This document shows, in pieces, positions 47,209 through 58,800 of a stretch of DNA of 64,000 nt (the stretch's first letter is position 1; the number at the start of each line of letters is the position of its first letter). The stretch lies in NCBI GenBank assembly GCA_963718805.1, contig CAVQZY010000001.1, positions 379,672 through 443,671 of the forward strand. The letters are read 5' to 3'. The stretch is from an uncultured Actinomycetota bacterium (GTDB lineage Bacteria; Actinomycetota; Actinomycetes; Mycobacteriales; Jatrophihabitantaceae). The notes beneath the pieces were generated by a model. It worked only from the letters and a program-made list of their open reading frames with translations, was not told the DNA's origin and made no database searches. The translations under genes were made by a program, and so were the position numbers.

Positions 47209-48258
47209 CTATCGCTCGTTGGGGTACACGAGCCCGATCTGGCGGCGGATCTCGTCCAGCGTGCGCATGATCGTGAGCGTCTCGTCGAGCGGGAGCAGCG
47301 GCGATTCGGTCTGCCCTTCGCGCAGCAGCGTCGCGAAGTGCGCCGCCTCGAACGCGAGCCCCTCGTGGCCGACGAACGGACCGCGCTCGTTGGTGCGGAT
47401 CTCGCCGTCGCGCGACACCAGGCGCACCGGCTGCGGTTGGTAGAAGTCACCCTCGATTTCGACGCGTGCCGCGGTGCCGGAGATGGTGGCGGTCGTCGGT
47501 GTCTTGGCGGTCTGCGTCGCGGACACCAGTCCGTGGGCGGAGCCACTTCGCAGCGCCGCCGACACCTGCGCGTCGACGCCGCTGTCGGTCATCGAGGCTT
47601 CGGCCACGATGGCGTCCGGCGCGCCGAGCGCGAACGAGGTGACCGAGATCGGGTAGATGCCGAGGTCGAGCAGCGCGCCGCCGGCGAGGTCGGGGTTGAG
47701 CAGCCGGTGCTCCGGCCCGATCTCGAAGTACTGCCCGTGGTCGCTGATGACGGTCTGCACCTCGCCGAGCACGCTGTCCTCGATCAACTGCCGCACGACG
47801 TCGAGGTGCGGCAGGAAGCGGGTCCACATCGCTTCCATGAGCAACAGCCCCGAGCCGCGGGCGGCATCGACGACCTCGACCGCCTGCGCCGCGTTCTGGG
47901 TGAACGCCTTCTCCATCAGCACCGGCTTGCCGGCGGACAGCGCGAGCAGCGCCTGCGCGTGATGGTGGCTGTGCGGCGACGCGACGTACACCGCGTCGAT
48001 CTCGGGGTCGGCCGCGAGCTGCTCGTAGGAGTCGTAACAGCGATCCACCGCGTACCGCGCGGCAAACGCCCGCGCCCGCTGCATCGAGCTGGATCCGATG
48101 GCGGTGACACGAGCCTCGGTGTTGCGGTGCAGGGTGTCGGTGAACTGCCCGGCGATCCACCCGGGGGCGATGATGCCCCAGCGGATGCCAGGTGCGTCGC
48201 GCGGGTCGGGGGTGCGTGGAGTGGGCAGTGATGTCGGCAGGCTCGGCACATCGGTCAC
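47209..48258 (-). CDS. Gfo/Idh/MocA oxidoreductase
   Basis: RWGIIAPGWIA, EKAF, EAMWTRF and GGALLDLGIY. Confidence 0.9.
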   Translation of the reverse strand: MTDVPSLPTSLPTPRTPDPRDAPGIRWGIIAPGWIAGQFTDTLHRNTEARVTAIGSSSMQRARAFAARYAVDRCYDSYEQLAADPEIDAVYVASPHSHHHAQALLALSAGKPVLMEKAFTQNAAQAVEVVDAARGSGLLLMEAMWTRFLPHLDVVRQLIEDSVLGEVQTVISDHGQYFEIGPEHRLLNPDLAGGALLDLGIYPISVTSFALGAPDAIVAEASMTDSGVDAQVSAALRSGSAHGLVSATQTAKTPTTATISGTAARVEIEGDFYQPQPVRLVSRDGEIRTNERGPFVGHEGLAFEAAHFATLLREGQTESPLLPLDETLTIMRTLDEIRRQIGLVYPNER

Positions 48259-48303
48259 GGTAGTCGCGAGGTCCCGCGGCCCCGGTCGAGTACCGTCCCA
48301 GCG

Positions 48304-49347
48304 ATGACCTACCTCGCCGACCCGGACCGCTACGCCGGGCGGATGCAGTACCGGCGCAGCGGCCGCTCGGGCCTCGACCTGCCGATGTTGTCGCTCGGCT
48401 TCTGGCACAACTTCGGCGACGACCGGGCCTTCGAGACGCAGCGCGCGATCGCGCTGCGAGCTTTCGATCTCGGTGTCACCCATTTCGACCTCGCCAACAA
48501 CTACGGGCCGCCCTACGGCGCGGCCGAGGTCAACGCCGGCCGGTTGTTCACAGCGGACCTCGCGCCCTATCGCGACGAGCTGATCGTCTCCACCAAGGCC
48601 GGCTGGGACATGTGGCCCGGGCCGTATGGGCAGGGCGGCGGGTCGCGCAAGTACCTGCTGGCTTCGCTGGACCAGTCGCTGGGCCGTTTGGGTCTGGACT
48701 ACGTCGACATCTTCTACTCCCACCGCTACGACCCGACGACGCCGCTGGAGGAGACTGCTCTGGCGCTGGACACCGCGGTGCGCCAGGGCAAGGCGCTCTA
48801 CGTCGGCATCTCCTCCTACGATCCCCACGACTCGCGCACGATGGCCCGGCTACTGCGTGAACTCGGTACGCCGTTGCTGATCCACCAGCCGTCGTACTCG
48901 ATGCTGAACCGCTGGATCGAGACCGGGGGTCTGCTCGACGCCGCCGCCGACGAGGGCTTCGGGATCATCGGCTTCACAGCGCTCGCCCAGGGCCTGCTCA
49001 CCAGCCGTTACCTCGACGGCATCCCGGAGGGTTCGCGGGCCACCCAGGACAAGTCCTTCGACACCGATTGGCTGACTGACGACCTGCTCGGCCGGCTGCG
49101 CCGGCTGAATTCGATCGCCGAAACACGTGGACAGTCGCTGGCACAGCTCGCCTTGGCCTGGGCGCTGCGCGACGAACGGGTGACGTCACTCGTGATGGGG
49201 GCGTCCTCGGTGGCGCAACTGGAGCAGAACGTCGCTGCGCTTGCCAATGTGACCCTGAGCGCCGAGGAACTCGCCGAGATCGACGGCGCGCTGCCCGACG
49301 CGACCGATGTCGACTTGTGGCGCGGCGCCCGGGAGGGCACGCTCTGA
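48304..49347 (+). CDS. Aldo/keto reductase, L-glyceraldehyde-3-phosphate reductase-like
   Basis: LSLGFWHNFG, FDLANNYGPP and STKAGWDMWPGPYG. Confidence 0.9.
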   Translation: MTYLADPDRYAGRMQYRRSGRSGLDLPMLSLGFWHNFGDDRAFETQRAIALRAFDLGVTHFDLANNYGPPYGAAEVNAGRLFTADLAPYRDELIVSTKAGWDMWPGPYGQGGGSRKYLLASLDQSLGRLGLDYVDIFYSHRYDPTTPLEETALALDTAVRQGKALYVGISSYDPHDSRTMARLLRELGTPLLIHQPSYSMLNRWIETGGLLDAAADEGFGIIGFTALAQGLLTSRYLDGIPEGSRATQDKSFDTDWLTDDLLGRLRRLNSIAETRGQSLAQLALAWALRDERVTSLVMGASSVAQLEQNVAALANVTLSAEELAEIDGALPDATDVDLWRGAREGTL

Positions 49348-49377
49348 TCGATCAGGGCGCAGTATCCTCGGCAGCCG

Positions 49378-50043
49378 ATGAGTGATCCCGTGAACATCAG
49401 GCCGGAGAGTTACACCTGGCCGCTGATCACCATGGCGCTGATCATCGCGCCGCAGGTCGCCATCCCGGAAGGTGACCGTATCGGTCCTCCGCTCCTGGTT
49501 CCGATCATCGAAATGGTTGCCCTCCTGGTCATGTTGATCATCGCGGCGCGGCCCGGGCCGGTGCCCCGCCGGGCGCACCCGCTCGTGCTGACCCTGTTCG
49601 GTGCGCTGGTGATAGCAAATGCCGGCGCCGCCGTGCATCTGGTGACCCTGGTGCTCGACGTCGGTACCTCGCACGGATCGCACTACTCTGCCAACCGGTT
49701 GCTCACCGCGGGTGCGATCGTGCTCGCCACCAACGTCGTCACGTTCGGACTCCTGTACTGGCAGCTCGACGCCGGCGGGCCGGCGGCCCGGATCGCCGCC
49801 GCGCCACCCTATCCGGACTTCCAGTTCCCGCAGACCTCGACGCCGGGCCTGGCGTCGCCGGCGTGGCGTCCGCTGTTCGCCGACTACCTCTATGTGGCGT
49901 TCACCAACATCGTCGCGTTCAGCCCAACCGACACCATGCCGCTGACCCGCCGGGCCAAGGGGCTGATGGCGCTGCAGGCAATCGTGTCCGCCTCGGTGCT
50001 CGTCGTCGTACTGGCCCGGGTGATCAACATCCTGCCTACCTGA
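49378..50043 (+). CDS. DUF1345-like membrane protein
   Basis: YPDFQFPQ and DYLYVAFTN..AFSPTD. Confidence 0.7.
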   Translation: MSDPVNIRPESYTWPLITMALIIAPQVAIPEGDRIGPPLLVPIIEMVALLVMLIIAARPGPVPRRAHPLVLTLFGALVIANAGAAVHLVTLVLDVGTSHGSHYSANRLLTAGAIVLATNVVTFGLLYWQLDAGGPAARIAAAPPYPDFQFPQTSTPGLASPAWRPLFADYLYVAFTNIVAFSPTDTMPLTRRAKGLMALQAIVSASVLVVVLARVINILPT

Positions 50044-51712
50044 CGCGGAGATCGCGCAGCCGGTGCATGACCGCGTTGCCGCCGTCGGCCTCGCCGCGTC
50101 CGAAGTAGTCGTGCAGGCGTAGGTACTCGCGGTAGAGCGCGTCGTAGTCGTGGTGTCGTTGTGCGTCGGGGCGGTAGACGTCGGGTCGCGACCGGCCCAT
50201 GTGGCAGTGCCGCCGACCGCACGTCGGGATAGACACCGGCGGCGACGGCGGCATGGATCGCGGCGCCGAGCGCGGCGGCGTGGTCGGCCGGCCGCGACTC
50301 CGATGGGCAGGCCGAGGACATCGGCGTAGAGCTGCATCAGCGTGTGATTCTTCAGCAGCCCGCCGACCGCGGTGATCCGGCTTCGACGGCCACGCCGGCG
50401 TCGAGGAACGCGTCGACGATGCGGCGGGTACCGAACGCGGTCGATTCGAGCAGCGCGCGGTAGATCTGTTGCGGCGTCGTCGACAGCGTCGAGCCGACGA
50501 TCAGGCCGGACAGGCGATGGTCGACCAGCACGCTGCGGTTGCCGCTGAGCCAGTCGAGTGCGATCAGCCCGTGCGACCCGACCGGCGCCGCGATCGCCGA
50601 GCTCGCTCAGATAGGCGTGCACGCTGACTGTCCGCGCTCGCGGGCGGCGGCGTGGTAGCGCTCGGGCACGTTGCGCTCGGCCCACCAGGCGAGGATGTCG
50701 CCGGTGCCGCTCTGGCCCGCCTCGTAGCCCCACGAGCCGGCCACGATCCTGCCGTCGACGACGCCGCCCATGCCGGGGATCTCGGCGAGCACGTCCGAAC
50801 TCATCAGGTGGCAGGTGGAGGTGCCCATGACGAGCAGGAGGTGGCCGGGTTCGGTCACCTGGCGGCGGGAGCGCTGACGTGCGCGTCGATGTTGCCCACC
50901 GCGACGACCACGTGGGCCGGCAGCCCGATCCAGGACGCGGCCTGCTCGGTGAGCCGCCCGGCAGGCGCGCCGAGCGCGGCCGACGGATGCGCGAGCCGAG
51001 TGGCGGCGAAGTCGGCGAAGTCCGGGATGCAGCGCCGCGAGGAACTGCGGGCCCGGATAGCGCGCCGTCCTGGAAGGTGCCTTTGTAGCCGGCGGTGCCG
51101 GCGTTGGTCGTCTCGGCGCCGGTGAGCTGCCAGACGATCCAGTCCGCCGCCTCGATCCAGCGCTCGATCGCGCCGTACACATCGGGATCCTCGTCGAGCA
51201 CCTGCAGCGCCTTGGCGAGCTGCCATTCGCTGGACTGCTTGCCCCCGTAGCGACGTGGCCACGGCGCGTCCTGGTCGGCGGCGACCGCGTTGATCCGATC
51301 GGCCTGCGGCTGCGCGGCGTGGTGGCGCCAGAGCTTCGGCCAGGCATGCGGCCGGTCGCGCCAGGCCGCGCAGCGCACACAGCGGCCGGCCGTCGCGGTC
51401 GGTCGGCAGCACCGTGCACGAGGTGAAGTCCGTGCCCACCGCGATCACGTCGGCCGGGTCGACGCCGCTCGCGGCCAGCGCCTCCGGCACGGCGCGTTGC
51501 AGGACGGCGATCCAGTCGGCCGGGTCTGCAGCGCCCAGTCCGGCGGCAGCGCGATCGCGGTGTCGGGTAGCCGGGACTCGATCACCGCGTCGGCATACTC
51601 GTGCACGGCGGTGCCGAGCACCTCACCGTCGGAGAGTCGGGCCACGACGGCTCGACCGGACAGCGTCGGCGAAGTCGACGCCGAGGGCGTAAACCCTTTC
51701 GAGATCCGACAT
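50036..51712 (-). pseudogene. araB: Ribulokinase (FGGY kinase) with multiple frameshifts
   Basis: [46 protein letters not shown] and YEAGQSG spread over frames. The gene may be intact and the shifts sequencing errors. Confidence 0.8.
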
Positions 51713-52056
51713 CACGGCTGCGCCTGATCGGCGACGGCGCGGTGCACCTCGCGATCGAGCGCTTCGAGGCGGTAGTCACCGGGGGGCGTCGAACGGCCGG
51801 CACGGCGACCGCCCGATCTTCTAGCGGCCGTGGTGTGCAGCGGTCAGTCAGTGACCTGCCCGCTGCGGTCGGCAGGCGCACAGTCATCCCGGTCCTCTCC
51901 GGCGGTGTTCCACGGCCATGCCAGCGTTGATTGTCCACCCGACCTCGAACGGACTGGGACTCCTGGACACCGTGCCGAGATGTACGCGTGCTCACCGGGG
52001 TTTCACGACTGTGAGCCGGGCGCTGTGGCGGATCGCTCACCTCATAGGGTGAGGTG

Positions 52057-53967
52057 ATGGCCTCTTCTCCCAAGCCCGCGAAGCAGTTCATCGTCGATCA
52101 GCAGCAGACCCTGCGCGCGGCGTTGCCGATGTCGGACACGAACGACTTCGACGACACCACGCGCGGGCTGGTCGACCGGCTCGACCCGTGTGTCGTGCGC
52201 GCCGACGACGGCGAAGTGATCTGGGACAACGCCGCCTACGACTTCCTGCGTGGCGACCCGCCGGACAGCGTGAACCCGAGTCTGTGGCGACAGTCCACGC
52301 TGGTCGCCAGGGACGGGTTGTTCGAGGTGACCGAGGGGATCTACCAGGTCCGCGGCATGGATCTGTCGAACATGACGTTCGTCGAGGGCGACACCGGCGT
52401 CATCGTCATCGACCCGCTGATCTCGACCGAGACGGCGGCGGCCGCGCTGGCGCTGTACCGCAAGAACCGCGGCGACCGCCCGGTGAAGGCGTCGATCTAC
52501 ACCCACTCCCACGTCGATCACTTCGGCGGCGTCAAGGGCGTCGTCGACCGAGGAGGACGTCGACGCGGGCCGGGTGCCGGTCCTCGCGCCCGAGGGCTTC
52601 GTCGAGCACGCGGTCGGCCGAGAACGTGTACGCGGGCACGGCGATGGCGCGCCGGGCCGGCTACATGTACGGCGCCGCGCTCGCCCGCGGCCCGCAGGGC
52701 GCGGTCGGCGCCGGTCTCGGCCAGACCACGTCGACCGGCTCCGGTCACGCTCATCCCGCCGACCGTGGAGATCACCACGACCGGCCAGGAAGCGGTCGTC
52801 GACGGCGTCCGGATGGTCTTCCAGATGGCGCCGGGCACCGAGGCGCCCGGCGGAGATGCATCTTCTTCTTCCCGGACCGCAAGGCCCTGTGCATGGCCGA
52901 GAACGCGACCCACAACTGCACAACCTGCTGACGCTGCGCGGCGCGGTGGTGCGCGATCCGCACGTGTGGTCGCACTACCTCACCGAGGCGATCGACCTGT
53001 TCGGGGGCAAGGCCGAGGTGGCCTTCGCCTCGCACCACTGGCCCACGTGGGGCGCCGACCGGATCGTGGCGTTCCTGTCGGCGCAGCGAGACCTGTACGG
53101 CTACCTGCACGACCAGACCCTGCGAATGCTGAACCAGGGCATGGTCGGCGCCGAGATCGCCGAGGCAGATCGACGCTGCCGCCCGCGCTGGAGCAGGCCT
53201 GGCACACGCACGGCTACTACGGCTCGGTCAGCCACAACGTCAAGGCCATCTACCAGCGCTATCTCGGCTGGTTCGACGGCAACCCCGCGCACCTGTGGCA
53301 GCACACCTCCAGTGGAGGCAGCGCACGCGGTATGTCGAATACATGGGCGGCGCGGACGCCGTGGTCGGCGAGGCCCGCGGTTCCTTCGAGGCCGGCGACC
53401 TGCCGGTGGGTGGCCGAGGTGCTCAACCGCGTCGTCTTCGCCGAACCGACACACGCCGCGGCGCGTGAGCTGCTCGCCGACGCCTACGAGCAGCTCGGCT
53501 ACGGCTCGGAGAACGGCACCTGGCGCAACTTCTACCTCTCCGGCGCGACCGAGCTGCGCGACGGCTCTTTCGGCACTCCGACAGTCACCGGCTCCCGAGA
53601 CATGGTCGCCCAGCTCAGCCCGCCGATGCTCTTCGACGCTCTGGCCGTCCGGATCAACGGGCCCCGCGCATGGGACGATCGGCTGACCGTCGATGTCCGG
53701 TTGACCGACACCGACGAGAGGTACCGGTTGCAGCTATCCAACGGCGTGCTCACCTACAGCGCCGCTGACCGCACCGATTCCGCCGACGCCACGCTGACCT
53801 GCTCGCGGGCAGCGTTGCCGGCCCTCGCGTTGGGCCAGCTCACCGCGGGTGCGCTGTCGCAGGCCGGCATCGAGATCGGCGGCGATGTGTCGGTGCTCGA
53901 CCGGCTCTCGGCCCTGCTCGACGCCCCCGATCCGGATTTCGCAATCGTCACCGCTGAGGCGAAGTAG
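52057..53967 (+). CDS. Alkyl/aryl sulfatase (SdsA1-like MBL with SCP2 domain), compensating frameshifts internally
   Basis: NPSLWRQ, YTHSHVDHFGG, HNLLTLRGA (other frame), HGYYGSVSHNVKA and WRNFYL. Confidence 0.85.
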   Translation: MASSPKPAKQFIVDQQQTLRAALPMSDTNDFDDTTRGLVDRLDPCVVRADDGEVIWDNAAYDFLRGDPPDSVNPSLWRQSTLVARDGLFEVTEGIYQVRGMDLSNMTFVEGDTGVIVIDPLISTETAAAALALYRKNRGDRPVKASIYTHSHVDHFGGVKGVVDRGGRRRGPGAGPRARGLRRARGRPRTCTRARRWRAGPATCTAPRSPAARRARSAPVSARPRRPAPVTLIPPTVEITTTGQEAVVDGVRMVFQMAPGTEAPGGDASSSSRTARPCAWPRTRPTTAQPADAARRGGARSARVVALPHRGDRPVRGQGRGGLRLAPLAHVGRRPDRGVPVGAARPVRLPARPDPANAEPGHGRRRDRRGRSTLPPALEQAWHTHGYYGSVSHNVKAIYQRYLGWFDGNPAHLWQHTSSGGSARGMSNTWAARTPWSARPAVPSRPATCRWVAEVLNRVVFAEPTHAAARELLADAYEQLGYGSENGTWRNFYLSGATELRDGSFGTPTVTGSRDMVAQLSPPMLFDALAVRINGPRAWDDRLTVDVRLTDTDERYRLQLSNGVLTYSAADRTDSADATLTCSRAALPALALGQLTAGALSQAGIEIGGDVSVLDRLSALLDAPDPDFAIVTAEAK

Positions 53968-53982
53968 CGCCGAAGCCTGCGT

Positions 53983-55686
53983 ATGACGCCGATCCGCTGG
54001 CTCACTCAGCTCGGGCGCCCGCACCCGCGAGACGCGGTCGCTGGGTTGGTCACCGGCCTGTTCTCGATCCCGGAGGGCATGGCGTATGCGAGTATCGGCG
54101 GTTTCAATCCGGTGGCTGGGTTGTATTCGGGCATGGTGCCGACGTTGGTGGGTTCGTTCGCCGCGCGGACGGTGTTGATGGTCACCACGCTCACCAGCGC
54201 GATCGCGTTGTCGTCGCACAGCGTGTTGAAGGAGGCTGGGCTCGACCCGTCCGATCCGGCGAACGTCGCGGCGCTGGCGTTGTGGGTCGGCGTCGTGATG
54301 GGTGTGCTGGGGCTGCTGCGCGCGGGGTCGATCATGAATTTCGTCTCCAACGCGGTGATGACCGGCTTCACCACCGGTATCGCCGTGCAGATCGTGGCCG
54401 GTGTCGTCAAGGACGCGACCGGCTATACGCCCACCAGCGGCAACACGCTGGGCAAGATCGGTCAGGCGATCGGTCATGCCGATGTGTGGGACGGCCCGAC
54501 CCTGCTGGTGTCCGGCGCCACCATCGGGGTCTGGGCCGTGTTCCGGTTCATCCGTCCGCTCGCCTCGTTGGCGACGCTGATCTCGCTGGTGATCGTCACA
54601 GTGGTTGTCACGATCACCGACACTGACGTCGAGAAGGTCGGGGACATCGCCAAGGTGCCCGAGGCGTTCCCGTCGGTGACCGGCCCGCACTGGTCGGCGC
54701 TGCCCCACCTCGCGCTGGGCGCACTCGCCGTCTCACTCGTTGGGTTGGCGCAGGCCGCCGGCATTTCCGCGGCGGTGCCGAATCCGGACCGCAGCCGACC
54801 CTCGGCGTCGGGCGACTTCCTCGCCCAGGGCGTGGCGAATGTCGCGGGCAGCGCGTTCGGCGCGCTGCCGACCGGCGGGTCGTTGTCCCGCACCGGTGTC
54901 GCGGTCTCGGCCGGCGCCCGCGGCCGGTGGGCCGGCATCTTCGCCGGAATCTGGCTCATCGTCATCGTCGTGCTGGTCGGCTCGGTCGCCGAGCGCATCC
55001 CCATGCCGGTCATCGGCGGGCTGGTCATGGTCATCGGCGTCGAGCTGATCGTCGGGCGGTTGCCTGACATCGTCCTGGTCGCCAAGACCGCTCCGCTCTC
55101 GACGGTTGCCATGATCGTCACCTTCGCCGCCACCACCGGGTTGCCGCTGCAGCAGGCCATCCTGATCGGCGCGGTCATCTCGCTGCTGCTGTTCTGCATC
55201 AAGGCCGCGCAACGCGCCGACCTCGTCGCGCTCGAACCCACCGGCGACGACCGGTGGCAGGTCGCACCGGTACCCGAGGTGTGCCCGAGCGGCGCCGTCA
55301 CCGTGCTGCACTACGCCGGCATCGGTCTGTTCGCCGAGGTGCCGCGACTGGACGAGAAATGGCCGACAATGGCCCACACCCGCAACGCGGTCCTCATCCT
55401 GAGCATGCGGACGGTACCCGACGTGCCGTCATCGGTCGCGATCAAAGCCTTGCGCGCCCGCGCGCTCGGGCTGCGAGAGCGGCACAGCAAGCTGATGATC
55501 GTCGGCGTCGACCCTGACCTCAAGCGAACATTCGACCGCAGCGGCCTCACCGCGATCCTCGGCGAGGACAACCTGCTCATCGCTGACGACCAGGTCTTCG
55601 GCGCCCTTGACCGAGCCTTCCTCGAAGCGAGGGCATGGATCGCAGATCGCAGCGAAGGAACAGGCAGCGAGGGTGCGGCGTCGTGA
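53983..55686 (+). CDS. SulP/SLC26 anion transporter with STAS domain
   Basis: IPEGMAYA, GLYS, VMTGF and GGSLSRT. Confidence 0.9.
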   Translation: MTPIRWLTQLGRPHPRDAVAGLVTGLFSIPEGMAYASIGGFNPVAGLYSGMVPTLVGSFAARTVLMVTTLTSAIALSSHSVLKEAGLDPSDPANVAALALWVGVVMGVLGLLRAGSIMNFVSNAVMTGFTTGIAVQIVAGVVKDATGYTPTSGNTLGKIGQAIGHADVWDGPTLLVSGATIGVWAVFRFIRPLASLATLISLVIVTVVVTITDTDVEKVGDIAKVPEAFPSVTGPHWSALPHLALGALAVSLVGLAQAAGISAAVPNPDRSRPSASGDFLAQGVANVAGSAFGALPTGGSLSRTGVAVSAGARGRWAGIFAGIWLIVIVVLVGSVAERIPMPVIGGLVMVIGVELIVGRLPDIVLVAKTAPLSTVAMIVTFAATTGLPLQQAILIGAVISLLLFCIKAAQRADLVALEPTGDDRWQVAPVPEVCPSGAVTVLHYAGIGLFAEVPRLDEKWPTMAHTRNAVLILSMRTVPDVPSSVAIKALRARALGLRERHSKLMIVGVDPDLKRTFDRSGLTAILGEDNLLIADDQVFGALDRAFLEARAWIADRSEGTGSEGAAS

Positions 55687-55822
55687 TCGGCAGGCGATCG
55701 TCCGTGCGGCGGAGACGGCGATTAGGGTACAAACGTTACGGCGTCGTGATCGACCGGCGTCGGACCGGCCGCAAACTCAATTCGGGTCGAGAAGCGGTTG
55801 ACACGAGAGGTCGAGGTTGTCG

Positions 55823-58800
55823 ATGCCGGCACATAGCACCGTGACGAGTCCGGTCAAGCGCTTGGTGGCCGTGCTGACGTCGCTGCTGCTCGTCGTCGGG
55901 CTCTCCGGGCTGGGCACCACCTCCGCCCGCGCTGCCGACCCGACCGCGTCCCTTTCGATCCAGAAGGCGGCCAGCGCCCAGACCGTCCGGCCCGGCCAGA
56001 CCTTCACCTACACCATCCAGCTCCAGTGCACCGCCGGCACCGTGAACGGCTGCGTCAACGCCAAGCTCGACGATCCGATGCCGCCCTACATCACCATCGT
56101 CGGCACCCCGACCGTCACCGGGACCACCAACTTCGACGTCAGCGCAACGACCTCCAAGGACCTGGCGGTCACGTTCACCGACGACCTCGGCGGCGGTCAA
56201 CAGGGCCTGGCCCCCGGTGAGGTTGTGACCGTGCAGGTGGAGGTCAAGGTCGACGAGGGCGCCCCGCCGACGGCCGACGGGCAGACCCTGCCCAACACCG
56301 CCGCGGTCAGCGCGGACAACGCAAACCCGAAGAACGACACGGCCGACGTGACGCTGAACGTGCCGGCGACGCTGGCGGCCTCGACCACGAAGACCATCGA
56401 GCCGGCCGGTGGCCCGAATACGGCGGGCAGCGAGACGACGGCGACCGTCACCGGCAAGAACAACTCCAATGTCGCGGTGAACGAGCTGGTGATCAGCGAC
56501 CCGGTGCTCGGCGCCGACGGAAACCCGCCGCCCGCCGCGGTCAACCCGTTCACCTATCTGGAGATCAACCGGCTCACCGCTGACATCACCTGGCCCGAGG
56601 GTGCGGACACGGTGCAGGTGCGCGTCTATGACACCACCACCGGCACCTGGGTCGACGGGCCGGTCGTCGACAATCCCGAGAACCCGACGCTGCCCGACTC
56701 GGTGGATCCGAGCGACATCGGCGGCGTGCAGCTGATCTTCAAATCCACGTCCGACCCGGCGATCCCGCCCGGCGCGAGCGGTGGCGTGAGCGTGGTCCTC
56801 GACCTGAAGAACGAGATCCCCGAGGACCAACTGCCGTTCACCATCAACAACAACGCCGACACCACGGTCGTCGACGCCGACGGCGGATCAGCGACCTCCG
56901 ACCCGGCCTCAGCCACGTACCGGATCCCGCCGAACGAGATCGACGTTTCAGCGGGCAAGGCCTTCGACCCCAAGACGGCGCACGCCGGAGACAACAGCAC
57001 CGTCACGCTCACCGGCACCAACGCGGGCGGGGACCCGCTCGACTCCATGACCATCACCGAGCCGGCGCCGAACACGCCGAACCATTTCCAGGACGGCGGT
57101 TTCACCTACAACGGCGCCTCCGGGAATGTGGTGTTCCCCGACGGCGCCACGGCCGGCACCGTCACGTATGTGTGCGACGGCACGCCCGGTGATGCGCAGG
57201 ACCTGACGAACAACGCGCCGCTGCCGGATCCGCCCGCCGACTGCGACCCGGTGACCGGCCTCGGTGTCACCTTCACCGGGTCGATCAGCGCCGGGGCGCA
57301 GGCGACCGTCCCGTTCGGCGTCACCACCAACGCGGACCAGACACCGGAGGAACTGACTCGCACCAATACGGTGCGTGTCGACGGCGACCGCGACGGCAAC
57401 ACCGGCAGCGACACCGCCACGGCGACCATCAAGACGATCAAGGACCGGATCGCCGTCGACGTCGGCAAGAGCCTGGTCCCGTCGACGATCCCGTCGTTCC
57501 CGGGCGAGATCGTCACCGCCGAACTGAGCGGTGTGCTCCTGCCGTTCCCGGATTCGACCGTCGACGCGACCACGATCATCGTGCAGGACCCGGCGCAGTT
57601 CCCCGATCCCAACGAGTGGTACGACTCGTTCAACCCGCAGGCCGTGACCGCCACGGCCGTGCCCGCCTGCGCCAGCATGACGGTGAAGTACACGACGGAT
57701 GGCGAGACCTGGACGCCGATCCCGGGGATGGAGGACATCCAGGGCGCCACGATCTTCAACGGCACGATTCCCGATGAGGTCGGCGCCTCGGCCGAGGGTA
57801 TTCAGTTCGTCTACACCGCAGCGCCGGTCGGTGGCGACTGCTCGGGCGGATTCCCGCCGGGCACCACGGTGAGCCCGAACCTCTCCTACACCCTCGACGA
57901 GGACGCTCCCAATCAAGACCTCTCGACGATCACGAACTGCGCGGCATCGTCGGGAACAGCCGCCACGGCCCCGGGCGCCCACTCCGATCCGGCGTGCGAC
58001 GACATCGACTTCGTCCCCGTCGACCCGGGCACCGTCGACCCGATCGACAAGTCCTGGGACAAGGACTCCCTCTTCGCAGCGTTCGCAGGACCAGTCCGGG
58101 GCCACCCTGTCCTGGTCGACGGACGGCTACACCGGCGTCGGGCGCATCGACATCACCGACACCCAGAACCCGGACACGACCCCGATCGACGACAGCGTCT
58201 TCGACGCCTTCGACCTGGTGCGGATCGACCCGATCACCGCGACCGACGATCCGCTGCTGACCTACGACCAGATCACCGAGGTCCAGCTGTACCAGCTACC
58301 GGCCGGCAGCACCGATCCGGCCGCCGGCAGCTGGGTGGACGCGACCGGCGACCCCTGCCCGGCGGCGTGCGACGGCACCTTCCCCGGGTACACGCTGACC
58401 GCCGCACGAACGTGCCGACCACGATCGGCTTCCGGCTCACCTACGTCGAGAGCCCCACACGCGCCGACCGGCTGGCGCGCCCGGCGCGCCGCCGGTCGGC
58501 AGCGGCGTGGCCGCCTCGACCGGCAACAACCGGCACATCCACCCGGTGTTCCAGCTGCGCGACGTGCGCCGCAGCGACCCGACAACGCCGGTCACCGCCG
58601 ATCAGGCACTACAACGCGACTGACGACGGATTCGTGGACAACACGGTACGGCTGGATCCGTACTGGAACGTCGACGGACACCACGCCGATCCTGAGCCGC
58701 ACCGATCACGACACGATCCAGATCAGGGCCGTTCCGGTCACCGTCGACGCGACCAAGACCTGGGCCGGCGGACCGCTCGGCATCCCCGAGTCGGGCGTGC

